From NCBI GenBank assembly GCA_039193195.1, contig JBCCWS010000021.1, positions 3,247-67,246 of the forward strand: 64,000 nt of DNA, read 5' to 3'. The number at the start of each line of letters is the position of its first letter. Positions within the stretch are counted from its first letter, which is position 1. This DNA comes from Pseudomonadota bacterium (GTDB lineage Bacteria; Pseudomonadota; Gammaproteobacteria; Steroidobacterales; JBCBZW01). Under the pieces are notes generated by a model. The model did no database searches. It was not told the DNA's origin and saw only the letters and a list, made by a program, of their open reading frames with translations. This document shows, one piece after another, positions 19,510-28,800 of this stretch. A program made the position numbers and the translations under genes.

Positions 19510-20040
19510 GTGCTAGACACACCCGGGAGATCGCACATCAACAGCAACCAGCCTATTGATCTGCTCGACGAGCTGCTCGCGGATTGGGCACGCGAACGCC
19601 CGGATCTCAACGCCGGCGCCATGGGCGTCGTGGGACGTATCGTCTATCTCGGCGCCCTCCTCGAACAGCAGGCAAACACCGCGCTGAAACCGCTGAGCCT
19701 TCGCTATACAGACTTCGATGTCCTCGCCACCCTGCGCCGATCCGGCACGCCCTACAAGCGCACCCCCACAGCGCTACGCCGCTCCGTTTTGATCACCTCC
19801 GGCGCCATGACCGCCTGCCTCGATCGCCTTGAGCAAGCCGAGCTAATCGCGCGAGAGCCGGACCCGACGGACCGGCGCGGCACTATCGTAAAGCTCACGC
19901 GCAAGGGGCAGCGGACCGTGGACGACGCCGTCGCCGTGCGCTTTCAGGTGGCGCACGAGGCCCTGGGCGGCCTGAACGAGCAGGAGGCGCGCCGGCTGGC
20001 GGATCTTCTTCGCAAGCTCTCGCTTACCTTAGCGATCTGA
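19510..20040 (+). CDS. MarR family transcriptional regulator
   Basis: Winged-helix region (FDVLATLRRSG.PY..TPTALRRSVLITSGAMTACLDRLEQAELIAREPDPTDRRGTIVKLTRKG). GTG start. Confidence 0.85.
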   Translation: MLDTPGRSHINSNQPIDLLDELLADWARERPDLNAGAMGVVGRIVYLGALLEQQANTALKPLSLRYTDFDVLATLRRSGTPYKRTPTALRRSVLITSGAMTACLDRLEQAELIAREPDPTDRRGTIVKLTRKGQRTVDDAVAVRFQVAHEALGGLNEQEARRLADLLRKLSLTLAI

Positions 20041-20047
20041 CCGGCGC

Positions 20048-21559
20048 TCAGCCCTTCGCCACGTCCAAACCACCTTCGCTGAAGGGAAACATCTCGCGCA
20101 GCTGGATGTTCTCGTAGCGCAGTGCGTCCAGGTGCACGGTGCCTAGGTACGGGCCTGGGGCATCGACGATCATGATCGTCTTCGCGTAGCCGTTATCGTC
20201 AAATCCCCGCCGAAAGTGCGCGCGCGATTTCAGTACCCAGGTCGAGTAGCGATCAACACCCTCGATACCGATCGCGCGTACCATGGCGGGCGAGGTAATT
20301 TGCACCAGCTGATCGGAAAGCACCAGCAGCGAATCCTGCCCGAAGGCGATGGCGACGTAGCGCTGGCGCTGCTCTCCTGCCCCGTGCTCGTACAGACCCG
20401 AGATCGTCCCGGTGATCGGCACCGGCTGGCCGCTCGCGCCGTCCACAACGAACCCTCCTACGGAGCCAACGAACGGATCCCCCGCCCGCGCGTCGCGTTC
20501 GAACAGCGCGCTGACCGCACGCTCATCCCGCAAGGTGGCGTAGAGCACGCCGGGCAACCCTTGGCGCAGGATCTCGCGCAGAATATGGGTGGCGTCGCCG
20601 GCACGATCGGAGTAATCGGCGAGCACGACGGGCGTGGCACCCGCGTGGGTCGCCTCGAGCGCCTGGGTCACCGCGCGATCGGGCGCCACGATCGGCGTGC
20701 TGAACAGCGCGCGTCGTCGGCGCAGCATGTAGTCGCCCATGTCCTCGGCGATGTGCTGGGCCAAGGCGAGATCATCGTTGGTCATGACCTGTACCGTGGC
20801 CCCAGCATCGACCGCGTCATTCCAGGGAAAACCGAAGAAAACACTTACGTAGGTATCAGGCTCGCGTGCCTCCCACACTAGCGCACGCTGGATGATGCTC
20901 ATCCAGGGGTCCTGGCCGGTCCACTGCAGCACCGTCGGCGTGATGATGGGGGGCTTCACGGTGGCGGTCTTGACACGGTAGTCGCCACGGGCCGCACGAA
21001 TGAGCAGGCGGGCCGCGCGCGCGCCCTGCAATGCGCTGTCGTAGTGGGGGAAATACTTGTAGGCGAGGGAGAAGTCAGCGTGGCGCAGGAACGCCTCGTC
21101 CTCGTTGCCGTGGGGGTCGAAGGTGCCGGCGATCGGCACGTCGGGGCCAACCACTTCCCGCACACGGCGGGCTAGCTCTGCCTCGGGCCTTGCGATTCCC
21201 TCAACGGCGGCCGCGCCATGCAAACGCAAATACACCGCTTCAAACGGCCCCCGCCGACGAAGATCATGGGCGATCATGCCCGTGTAGTGCTCGAAGGCTT
21301 CGGCGGTGATGGCGCCCACGGAGGATCCTCCAATCACCTCGCCAAAGGACCGCAGGGCAACCACCTCGACGCCCGCGTGTTCCTCCGCCACCTGGCGGAA
21401 GCTGCGAATCGCGTCGTAGTGCGTGAGCAGGGCATCGCCGTCGAGCACGGCCGGCGCGAAATCGCCCAGACCAGCCCTCGCAGCTGAGAACGTCGTGGCT
21501 TCGTGGACGAATTGCGCGACGGCGATTCGCACCGGCTGAGTTTGGGTGTCTCGGGGCAT
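20048..21559 (-). CDS. M81 family metallopeptidase (MlrC-like)
   Basis: VRIAVAQFVHEATTF N-terminus and MlrC N- and C-terminal domain pattern. ATG at 21559 (M28) is preceded by GGAG and avoids overlapping the upstream gene. Confidence 0.85.
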   Translation of the reverse strand: MPRDTQTQPVRIAVAQFVHEATTFSAARAGLGDFAPAVLDGDALLTHYDAIRSFRQVAEEHAGVEVVALRSFGEVIGGSSVGAITAEAFEHYTGMIAHDLRRRGPFEAVYLRLHGAAAVEGIARPEAELARRVREVVGPDVPIAGTFDPHGNEDEAFLRHADFSLAYKYFPHYDSALQGARAARLLIRAARGDYRVKTATVKPPIITPTVLQWTGQDPWMSIIQRALVWEAREPDTYVSVFFGFPWNDAVDAGATVQVMTNDDLALAQHIAEDMGDYMLRRRRALFSTPIVAPDRAVTQALEATHAGATPVVLADYSDRAGDATHILREILRQGLPGVLYATLRDERAVSALFERDARAGDPFVGSVGGFVVDGASGQPVPITGTISGLYEHGAGEQRQRYVAIAFGQDSLLVLSDQLVQITSPAMVRAIGIEGVDRYSTWVLKSRAHFRRGFDDNGYAKTIMIVDAPGPYLGTVHLDALRYENIQLREMFPFSEGGLDVAKG

Positions 21560-21570
21560 TCGCCTACTCC

Positions 21571-23208
21571 TCAACCGATCGGAAGGGTCACGCTCCAACG
21601 CTTCACTCGCGCGTAGCGGGCCCGTTGGCCAGCCGTCCACACGTGCACCCCCGTGTCCCGTCCCTCCGCGTTCTGCACGATCTGCAAACGGTACTCCCCA
21701 CCTTCATCCACCAGCGTCTGCTCATCGACTGCATGCAGTCGAACAGGGTCACGCTCTGCGCGCAGCAATCCGACTCGGAACGACTCCTCCCCCATGTAGA
21801 GCGCATTGCCCTTCACGAACAATCTGAAGGGTTCTGGCGCGTTGAATCGACCGCGCCAGTCGGCGTCGTCCTCAGGACTGATCGCATCGTACTCAGCGGC
21901 GATCGCCACCAGCTGCTCACGCGCAAGGGTGCGGTCGTCGACCAGAACTTCCCGGTGGCTTGGCCAGCCGAACTGGTCGGCGATGGCCCGCAGGAGCTCC
22001 TTGTACAACGCTCGACCGTTGGCACCGTTGGTGAAGATGACGACGCCCTCCCCACGATTGGGGTAGACCTCATACCACGCCTTATAGGCATCGTTGGCGC
22101 CCGAGTGGACCATGCGGCGATCCCTTCCCGCTCCCTCCAAGCGCGGACCGAGCCCGTGTGGGCTGGGGCCCACTTCCGTAAGGGCATCGCGGGCCAGTGC
22201 GGGGGGCAGGAATCCACCTTCAGCCGCCACGGTGCTATCACTCAGCGCCAAGAGCAGGCGCGCGTAGTCCGAGGGCGTGGTCCACAACCCGGAGGCGGCG
22301 GTCTCCGCGAACGTGTGCCAACCCCGCGGCAAGGCCGTCGGAGAGCCATGGCGATCGTGGGCGTTGGCGATATTTCCGAAGGAGGCCGGTAAGGGATTCT
22401 CATAGGTACTTCGCGACAGTCCCAAAGGGGCGAAGAGCAGTTGCTCCGCCGCGGCCTCGAAGGTCATGTTAGTGACGTCGGCGATCACTAGGGAGGCCAC
22501 CGTCGTGCCACCGCCGGAATAGCGGGACGTGGCGCCGGGCTCGGAAATCACGCGAATCGGCGCGTTCTTGGCGGGCCCTGAACCGTCGAGGATCTGCAGC
22601 AGGCTCGGGATGCGCTCTTGCGGCAGGTAGTCAGCGAAACCGTGCACTGATATGCCCGCGGAGTGTGACAGCAGGCCGCGCAGGGTCACGGGCTTGCCGT
22701 TGGCAACCTCAGCAGGGGGTACGCGCCACGACCGGAGGTAGCGGTTCACCTCCGTATCCAGATCGATGCGTCCGTCGCCTACCAGGCGCAGGGCGGTCAG
22801 CGCAGCCGCCGTCTTGCTGAGCGATCCCACGGAGAACACCGTTTGCGGATCGACCCGTTCGCTGCCCCCCGATGCGCGCACGCCGTAACCCTTAGCGAGA
22901 CGTATCTCCCCGCCCTTGATCAACGCGACGGAAACACCCGGCACGCCGTGATGGGCCATGCGCTCTTCGAGGGTCCAGCGTACCGGAGGGTCATCGATCG
23001 CGCGCACCGCGGGACGCAGGCCCGATTCAAAGGCCTCACTGGTGGTCTGTCCGTGTACGGCACGGGCGAAAAGCAGCACGAGTCCTAAGAGTGCGATGAC
23101 GCCCCACCCATGGATTGCCGGGAGGCTGCTCGCGGCTGCTCGGCTGCAATCCCCAGGCGCCGTTGCACGAGAACAGGCAAGAAAGGAACAACGTTGTGAA
23201 CTGGTCAT
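21571..23208 (-). CDS. Serine hydrolase (beta-lactamase/transpeptidase fold) with extra C-terminal domain
   Basis: SxxK motif FSVGSLSKT, hydrophobic signal-like segment, and about 150 extra C-terminal residues. Confidence 0.8.
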   Translation of the reverse strand: MTSSQRCSFLACSRATAPGDCSRAAASSLPAIHGWGVIALLGLVLLFARAVHGQTTSEAFESGLRPAVRAIDDPPVRWTLEERMAHHGVPGVSVALIKGGEIRLAKGYGVRASGGSERVDPQTVFSVGSLSKTAAALTALRLVGDGRIDLDTEVNRYLRSWRVPPAEVANGKPVTLRGLLSHSAGISVHGFADYLPQERIPSLLQILDGSGPAKNAPIRVISEPGATSRYSGGGTTVASLVIADVTNMTFEAAAEQLLFAPLGLSRSTYENPLPASFGNIANAHDRHGSPTALPRGWHTFAETAASGLWTTPSDYARLLLALSDSTVAAEGGFLPPALARDALTEVGPSPHGLGPRLEGAGRDRRMVHSGANDAYKAWYEVYPNRGEGVVIFTNGANGRALYKELLRAIADQFGWPSHREVLVDDRTLAREQLVAIAAEYDAISPEDDADWRGRFNAPEPFRLFVKGNALYMGEESFRVGLLRAERDPVRLHAVDEQTLVDEGGEYRLQIVQNAEGRDTGVHVWTAGQRARYARVKRWSVTLPIG

Positions 23209-23254
23209 CAGCAGAATTTTAGGTGGTAGCGATGACTGCAGGGTGCAGGATTTT

Positions 23255-23275
23255 TATCTTGATATCAAGTTACTT
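23255..23275. promoter_or_regulatory. Candidate MarR operator, site B: TATCTTGATatcAAGTtACTT
   Basis: Lies in the AT-rich divergent promoter region and contains the perfect 12-bp palindrome CTTGATATCAAG. Matches site A at 18 of 21 positions. Confidence 0.4.
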
Positions 23276-23318
23276 TAGATATAGATTTATTGCCCTCCTC
23301 GAATTGCAGGCATCTCGC

Positions 23319-24293
23319 GTGATCTACTTCATCTGCGAATCAGCAGCCGAACAGTGCGTGGCGCAAGCGGATGTGACCGACGCCGTGGCGAGCGCATTCC
23401 GCGCGATGGCCACGGGCCAGGCGCAGAGCTTTCCCGTCGTGCGCCAGGCGCTGGGCTACGCGGACGCCGTGTTCGGCTTCAAATCGGGCTTCGATGCGTC
23501 GGCACCGGTCCTGGGCGTCAAGGCGGGCGGCCTATGGCCGGCCAACCGTGATCGAGGGCTCGCCAACCACCAGTCGACCATCCTGCTGTGTGACCCGGAC
23601 TCCGGTCAGCCGCAGGCACTGGTGTGCGGCACGCACCTCACCGGCCTGCGGACGGCCGCCGCCAGCGCGCTGTCCATTCGGTACCTTGCCCGCGACGACG
23701 CCCGCACGCTCGGCGTTCTCGGCGCTGGCGGCCAAGCGGACTTCCAGGTACGCGCGGCGGTGGCTGAGCGCCGCTTCGAGCGCGTGCTCGTAGCCTCGCG
23801 GCGCGGTGAGAGCGCACAGCGACTTCGGGAGTCGCTGACAGATCTCGCCGTAGCGGTGGAGGTCTGCGACCCCCAGGCCCTCTGCGAGCAGAGCGATGTG
23901 ATCATCACCGTCGCGCTGTCATTCGCGCCGATTCTCGACGCCGCCTGGATTCGCCCCGGCACCCATCTGGCCTGCATGGGCACGGACACGCGAGGCAAGC
24001 AGGAGGTGGACGCACAGCTATTTCGCGCATGCGCTGCGTTCGGGGATGTGCCAGAGCAGAACGCGACCCTCGGCGAATGCCGGCACGCGGTCGACGAAGG
24101 CTGGCTGACGTCTCGTGACATCGTGCCCTTGGGCCGCGTGCTCAGCGCAAAGCACCCAGGGCGAACGCGGCACGATGAGATCACGCTCTTCGACAGCACG
24201 GGGGTTGGCTTGCAAGATCTGGCCGCCGCTCGCGTCGCCCTGGACAAAGCCATAGCCGCGGGGGCCGCGATCCCCCTCGATCCAAGGTCATGA
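23319..24293 (+). CDS. Ornithine cyclodeaminase/mu-crystallin family protein
   Basis: OCD-family pattern (GFKSG......LGVKAGG.WP.N, LTGLRTAAASAL, GAGGQA). Start set at in-frame GTG 23319; the longer ORF runs into the AT-rich promoter region. Confidence 0.75.
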   Translation: MIYFICESAAEQCVAQADVTDAVASAFRAMATGQAQSFPVVRQALGYADAVFGFKSGFDASAPVLGVKAGGLWPANRDRGLANHQSTILLCDPDSGQPQALVCGTHLTGLRTAAASALSIRYLARDDARTLGVLGAGGQADFQVRAAVAERRFERVLVASRRGESAQRLRESLTDLAVAVEVCDPQALCEQSDVIITVALSFAPILDAAWIRPGTHLACMGTDTRGKQEVDAQLFRACAAFGDVPEQNATLGECRHAVDEGWLTSRDIVPLGRVLSAKHPGRTRHDEITLFDSTGVGLQDLAAARVALDKAIAAGAAIPLDPRS

Positions 24294-25450
24294 ATCACAA
24301 CGCCCTGCTGCCCGAGGGATTCGACGCCCTTGAGACGCCGTGCTTACTGCTCGACCTGCCGCGGATGCGTCGCAACCTCGAGCGGCTCTCCGCTCATATG
24401 GAACGCCTCGGCGGCCATCTACGCCCCCATGTGAAAACCCACAAATCCGTGCCCGTCGCGCGCGAAGTGCAGCGCGCGGGCCGGGTGCAGGGCATCACCG
24501 TCTCCACCCTGCGCGAGGCGGACTACTTCTTCGCCCACGGCTTCCGCGACATCCTCTACGGTGCAGGCATTACACCTAACAAAATTATTCATGCCGCGGA
24601 CCTCCTGAAGCAGGGCTGCCGCTTGCAGCTGACGGTCGACTCCCCCGAGATGGCCCAGGCGTGTGCCCAGGCCGGCGAAGCCCAGGGCGTGACCTTTCCC
24701 ATCATGATCGAACTCGACACCGACGGCCATCGCGCGGGGGCCCTGCCGCGCAGCGATAGGCTTATCGAGGTGGGCCGCCTGCTCCACAGCGCTCGGCACA
24801 CCGAGCTCGCGGGGGTGATGACGCACGCCGGCGAATCCTACGGCTGCGACACCGCCCAGGCGCGCAAGCACTTGGCCCAGCAGGAACGGGACCGATCGCT
24901 GCTCGCTGCCTCGCGCTTGCGCGACGCTGGCCTTCCGTGCCCGGTGGTGTCTGTCGGCTCAACGCCCACCGCTTTCGCGATCGACGATTTGCAGGGCGTC
25001 ACCGAAGTGCGCGCCGGGGTCTACACCTTCTTCGACCTCGTCATGGCGGGTATCGGTATGTGCTCGCTGGAGGACATCGCCTTAAGCGTGCTGGTGAGCG
25101 TGAGCGGGTACCAGCGAGAGCGTAACTGGCTCATTACCGATGGCGGCTGGACCGCCCTGTCGCGCGATCGAGGGACCCAAAGCCAGCGGGTGGATCAGGG
25201 CTACGGCGTGGTCACCGATCGCAACGGCACCCCGCTGCAAGACCTCGTCGTGGTCTCGACCAATCAGGAGCACGGTGTCGTATCGCGCCGCGAGGGTGAC
25301 GCCCCCCTGCCATGGCAGGAGCTTCCGATCGGCTCCCTCTTGCAGGTGCTACCCAACCACGCCTGCGCGACCGCCGCGCAGTACTCACACTTTCATGTCG
25401 TTGAAGACGGCGAGATCATCGATCGATGGGAGCGACTGTATGGCAGTTAA
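24290..25450 (+). CDS. DSD1-family PLP enzyme (D-serine dehydratase-like / D-threonine aldolase-like, fold type III)
   Basis: TPCLLLDL..M.RNL......M...G..LRPHVKTHK (PLP lysine context) and a C-terminal LPNHAC motif. ATGA overlap with the OCD gene. Confidence 0.75.
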   Translation: MNHNALLPEGFDALETPCLLLDLPRMRRNLERLSAHMERLGGHLRPHVKTHKSVPVAREVQRAGRVQGITVSTLREADYFFAHGFRDILYGAGITPNKIIHAADLLKQGCRLQLTVDSPEMAQACAQAGEAQGVTFPIMIELDTDGHRAGALPRSDRLIEVGRLLHSARHTELAGVMTHAGESYGCDTAQARKHLAQQERDRSLLAASRLRDAGLPCPVVSVGSTPTAFAIDDLQGVTEVRAGVYTFFDLVMAGIGMCSLEDIALSVLVSVSGYQRERNWLITDGGWTALSRDRGTQSQRVDQGYGVVTDRNGTPLQDLVVVSTNQEHGVVSRREGDAPLPWQELPIGSLLQVLPNHACATAAQYSHFHVVEDGEIIDRWERLYGS

Positions 25451-26951
25451 TCGCGCAGGGACGGAGCAGACGACAAGATCATGGACCCGCGTACTATCGT
25501 ATTCATTAGTAAAACTCGGCCTAGCACTAGTGAGCACTATGGCCACCGCAGCCCCAGCCCTCAAGCAGGTGGCCGTCGAACTCGATAGCGGCGAGTCCAT
25601 CACCCTCGAGGAGGGGCACATTGACGTACCCGAGAACCGCGCTGATGAGAACGCCAGGACGATCAGTATCGGGTTTCGGCGGGTGCCGGCCCTCGCGGGA
25701 ACTCAGGGAGCGCCGACGTTCCTGCTCGCGGGCGGACCAGGGTCCTCCTACAACCAGCAACTGGAGGACGGCGGCTACCTGCAGGAGGACAAGGCCCGCC
25801 TGATCCGGCTCTTTCAGCCCCATGGCGATGTGATTATCGTGGACCTTCGGGGCGGCTACCTCTCCACACCCCACGCCGAATGCACGGGTCCTCGTCAGAA
25901 GTGGCGGGTGATCAAGACCCAAGCGCAGTTCCTGGATCTGTGGCAAGCATCGGCAGCCGCCTGCCGGGAGAAGCTCCTAGACGAGGGGTTCGATCTCGAT
26001 GGCTACACGGTGCTCGAAGCGGCGGCCGACGTGCTCGCCGTGGCCGACGCCCTCGGCTACGACCAGCTGGGCCTCTTCGGCATCAGCTTCGGCTCCCATT
26101 GGGCGATCACCCTGGCCCGGGTGGCACCGACGCGCATCAGCCACATGATCATCTCCGGCGTGGAGGGCCTGGATGAGACCGTCGACGACCCGATCGCCAC
26201 CACCGCCGCCCTCGAGCGCATCGCCGGCTCCGCCCGAGGGGCTTGGAACGGTGCGCACGGCTTCGACAATCCCCTGCAGGCTGCGACCGGGCTGATCGAA
26301 ACGCCACCGCGTGAACGGCCTGTCTCTCGCGGTCTCACGCCGTACGAGCTCGGTACAAGCTTGCGCGGGGGCTTGGACTACAGCCTGACCAAGCGTCGCC
26401 ATATGACCGACTGGCCGGCCGAGTACGCCAAGCTTCTCAAGGGCGCCTTCTTCATGACTCAGGCCAGACGCCTGCTGATCTCCTGGAACATCGGCAAGGG
26501 CTGGGGCCCGGCGGCCCTCGGCACCTTCGATTGCACCTCCTGGATCAGCGACGCCCGAGCCGAGCGCTTGCGGCAAGGGCAGCAACCCTTCGCCAGCGAT
26601 CTCGCCACCTATGAGGCCTATTGCCGCGGCTGGCAGATCACACCCCTGCCCGCCTGGTTCCGTGAGCCCTTCCAAAGCCCCGTGCGAGCCCTATTCATCC
26701 ACGGCAACTGGGACACGGCCACCCCCATAGAGAATGCCTACGCCGCCTTCCCGAACTTCCCCAATGCCTCGCTCACGGTAGTCGAGCGCGGCTCCCACGC
26801 CGCATTCCACGAAGCGCTGGTCGCCGATCCGCAGCTTGCCATTGCCATTGGCGAGTGGCTCGAAGGCGGCACTGCCCCGCCCGCCACGATCACCCTTCCC
26901 GTCCCCGAGTTCGCGCGGGCCACCGTGGGCATACCGCGTGAGCGCCGATGA
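25440..26951 (+). CDS. Secreted alpha/beta hydrolase (S33 prolyl aminopeptidase-like)
   Basis: GGPGSS oxyanion motif, GISFGS nucleophile elbow and an N-terminal signal-like segment. ATG 25440 (M101 of the long ORF) overlaps the upstream stop by 11 nt. Confidence 0.7.
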   Translation: MAVNRAGTEQTTRSWTRVLSYSLVKLGLALVSTMATAAPALKQVAVELDSGESITLEEGHIDVPENRADENARTISIGFRRVPALAGTQGAPTFLLAGGPGSSYNQQLEDGGYLQEDKARLIRLFQPHGDVIIVDLRGGYLSTPHAECTGPRQKWRVIKTQAQFLDLWQASAAACREKLLDEGFDLDGYTVLEAAADVLAVADALGYDQLGLFGISFGSHWAITLARVAPTRISHMIISGVEGLDETVDDPIATTAALERIAGSARGAWNGAHGFDNPLQAATGLIETPPRERPVSRGLTPYELGTSLRGGLDYSLTKRRHMTDWPAEYAKLLKGAFFMTQARRLLISWNIGKGWGPAALGTFDCTSWISDARAERLRQGQQPFASDLATYEAYCRGWQITPLPAWFREPFQSPVRALFIHGNWDTATPIENAYAAFPNFPNASLTVVERGSHAAFHEALVADPQLAIAIGEWLEGGTAPPATITLPVPEFARATVGIPRERR

Positions 26952-26961
26952 GGACCCTGCC

Positions 26962-28791
26962 ATGACTGTGCTCAAGCGTCTGCTGCTAGGCGGTGGAGTC
27001 GTCTTGCTAGGGGTGGGTGCGCTCGCCTACGCCGCGCTCTGGTGGCGACCGATCAACGTCAACCTCTACATCAACAAGATCACGCTGCAGTTCATGCTGA
27101 GTTCGCCGGAACTGCTCACACAGATCGGGGCGATCGACAACACGCCTCTCGACTTTCACTCCGGCCGCCTCGCCAGCTACACGGCGGAGCAGGATGAGAA
27201 GACGCGCAGGCTCCTGCGCAGCGCCCTCGAGGGCCTAGATCGCTACGGGCCGGAGGGTCTCGAGGGGCAGGACCTTTGGAGCTGGAAAATCGCGGCTTGG
27301 TTCTTCGAGAGCCTGCTTCGGCAAGCCGAGCTCGACCCCTTCGGCTATCGCGTCAATCAGCTCACCGGCGTGACGATCGCCCTCCCCGCCCTACTGACAG
27401 ATGCACACAAGATAGAGAGCGCAAAGAGCGTAGAGCGCTACTTGAGCCGCCTCAGCGAGTTTGCCCGGGTGCTGCGCGAGGTGACCGCACGGGTGCAGCG
27501 AGATCGCGAAGGTGGCGTGCGCCCTCCGGATTTCATTATCGATAAGACCCTTGAGGGCATGCGCAACTTCACAGCGGCAGAGGCGCCGGACAACGTGCTG
27601 GTGAGCTCCCTGGCCCGCCGCCTGGAAGCCGCCAAGCGTTTCGGTGAGGCCACCCAGTACGCCTACCTGGCGCGAGCGACAGAGCGGGTCCGAACCGAGG
27701 TCATTCCCGCCTACGATGAGCTCATCGAGCTGTTCGAGGCGATGCGCCCCGAGAGCGACCATCACGCGGGTATCTGGCGCATTCCAAACGGTGCGGCGAT
27801 CTACGCTGCCGCCCTGGAGGCGAACACCACCACTAAGCTCTCGGCTGATGAGCTGCATCGCATCGGCCTCGATGAAATCGCGCGCATTCAAGGAGAGATG
27901 GACACGATCCTGGTCAGCCAAGGGCTCAGCGAGGGCACGGTGGCCGAGCGCATGCAGCAGCTGAGCGAGGATCCGGCGAACCTGTTTAGCAACGATGAAT
28001 CAGGTCGCAGCGCCATGATCGCCTACGCGCATGCCCTAGACGCCAAGCTGATGGAGTCAATCGGTACGTACTTCAATACGCTGCCGCCCCAGCCAGTGGA
28101 GATTCTGCGCGTCCCCGAGTACGCGGAAGCATCCTCTAGCACGGGCTACTATCGACCACCCGCCTTGGACGGGTCCAGGCCAGGTCGCTTCTACATCAAC
28201 CAGCGCGATACTGCGGAGATTCCGAGGTTCGCGCTCCCGACGCTCATGTACCATGAGGCCTCGCCCGGCCATCACTTCCAGGGGGCCCTCGCCCAGCTGA
28301 TCGACGGCGTGCCGTTTCTGCGCACGGTGCCCGCCTTCAATGCCTATGTCGAAGGATGGGCTTTGTACAGCGAGCGACTGGTGGCCGAAGACATCGGCGT
28401 GTACGCGGACGATCCCCTGGGCGACCTCGGCAGGCTGCAGATGGAGCTTTTCCGCGCCACCCGCTTGGTCGTGGACACGGGTCTACACGCCAAGCGTTGG
28501 TCGCGCGAGCAAGCCGTCGAATACCTCGGCGCTCAGACCGGACTGCCCGACGGTCGCGTGGAGCGCGAGATCGACCGCTACGCCGTGAACCCGGGGCAGG
28601 CGACGGGCTACAAGACGGGACAGCTGGCGATCCTGCGAATGCGCGAGCGAGCCGAGCGGGCCTTAGGCGAGGAATTCAACCTACGCGACTTCCACGACGT
28701 GCTCCTGCTCAATGGCGCCATGCCGCTGGGCGTGTTGGATGAGATCGTGGACGGCTGGATCCAAACACAGGGCAGTCAGCAGAGCCGCTAG
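26962..28791 (+). CDS. DUF885 family protein (putative metallopeptidase-like)
   Basis: Start at M43 gives the TM/signal MTVLKRLLLGGGVVLLGVGALAYAAL. Conserved YHEASPGHHFQ and IDRY...PGQA motifs of DUF885. Confidence 0.8.
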   Translation: MTVLKRLLLGGGVVLLGVGALAYAALWWRPINVNLYINKITLQFMLSSPELLTQIGAIDNTPLDFHSGRLASYTAEQDEKTRRLLRSALEGLDRYGPEGLEGQDLWSWKIAAWFFESLLRQAELDPFGYRVNQLTGVTIALPALLTDAHKIESAKSVERYLSRLSEFARVLREVTARVQRDREGGVRPPDFIIDKTLEGMRNFTAAEAPDNVLVSSLARRLEAAKRFGEATQYAYLARATERVRTEVIPAYDELIELFEAMRPESDHHAGIWRIPNGAAIYAAALEANTTTKLSADELHRIGLDEIARIQGEMDTILVSQGLSEGTVAERMQQLSEDPANLFSNDESGRSAMIAYAHALDAKLMESIGTYFNTLPPQPVEILRVPEYAEASSSTGYYRPPALDGSRPGRFYINQRDTAEIPRFALPTLMYHEASPGHHFQGALAQLIDGVPFLRTVPAFNAYVEGWALYSERLVAEDIGVYADDPLGDLGRLQMELFRATRLVVDTGLHAKRWSREQAVEYLGAQTGLPDGRVEREIDRYAVNPGQATGYKTGQLAILRMRERAERALGEEFNLRDFHDVLLLNGAMPLGVLDEIVDGWIQTQGSQQSR

Positions 28792-28800
28792 AGTGATGAG

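Noticed and set aside
23223-23318. Upstream 32 codons of the OCD-family ORF
   Set aside because: They run through the AT-rich divergent promoter and operator region and encode an atypical peptide (FILISSYFRYRF). The family-typical N-terminus begins near GTG 23319.
25140-25439. Upstream 100 codons of the alpha/beta hydrolase ORF
   Set aside because: They lie entirely within the DSD1-family gene in another frame. ATG 25440 gives an operon-style overlap and a signal-like N-terminus.
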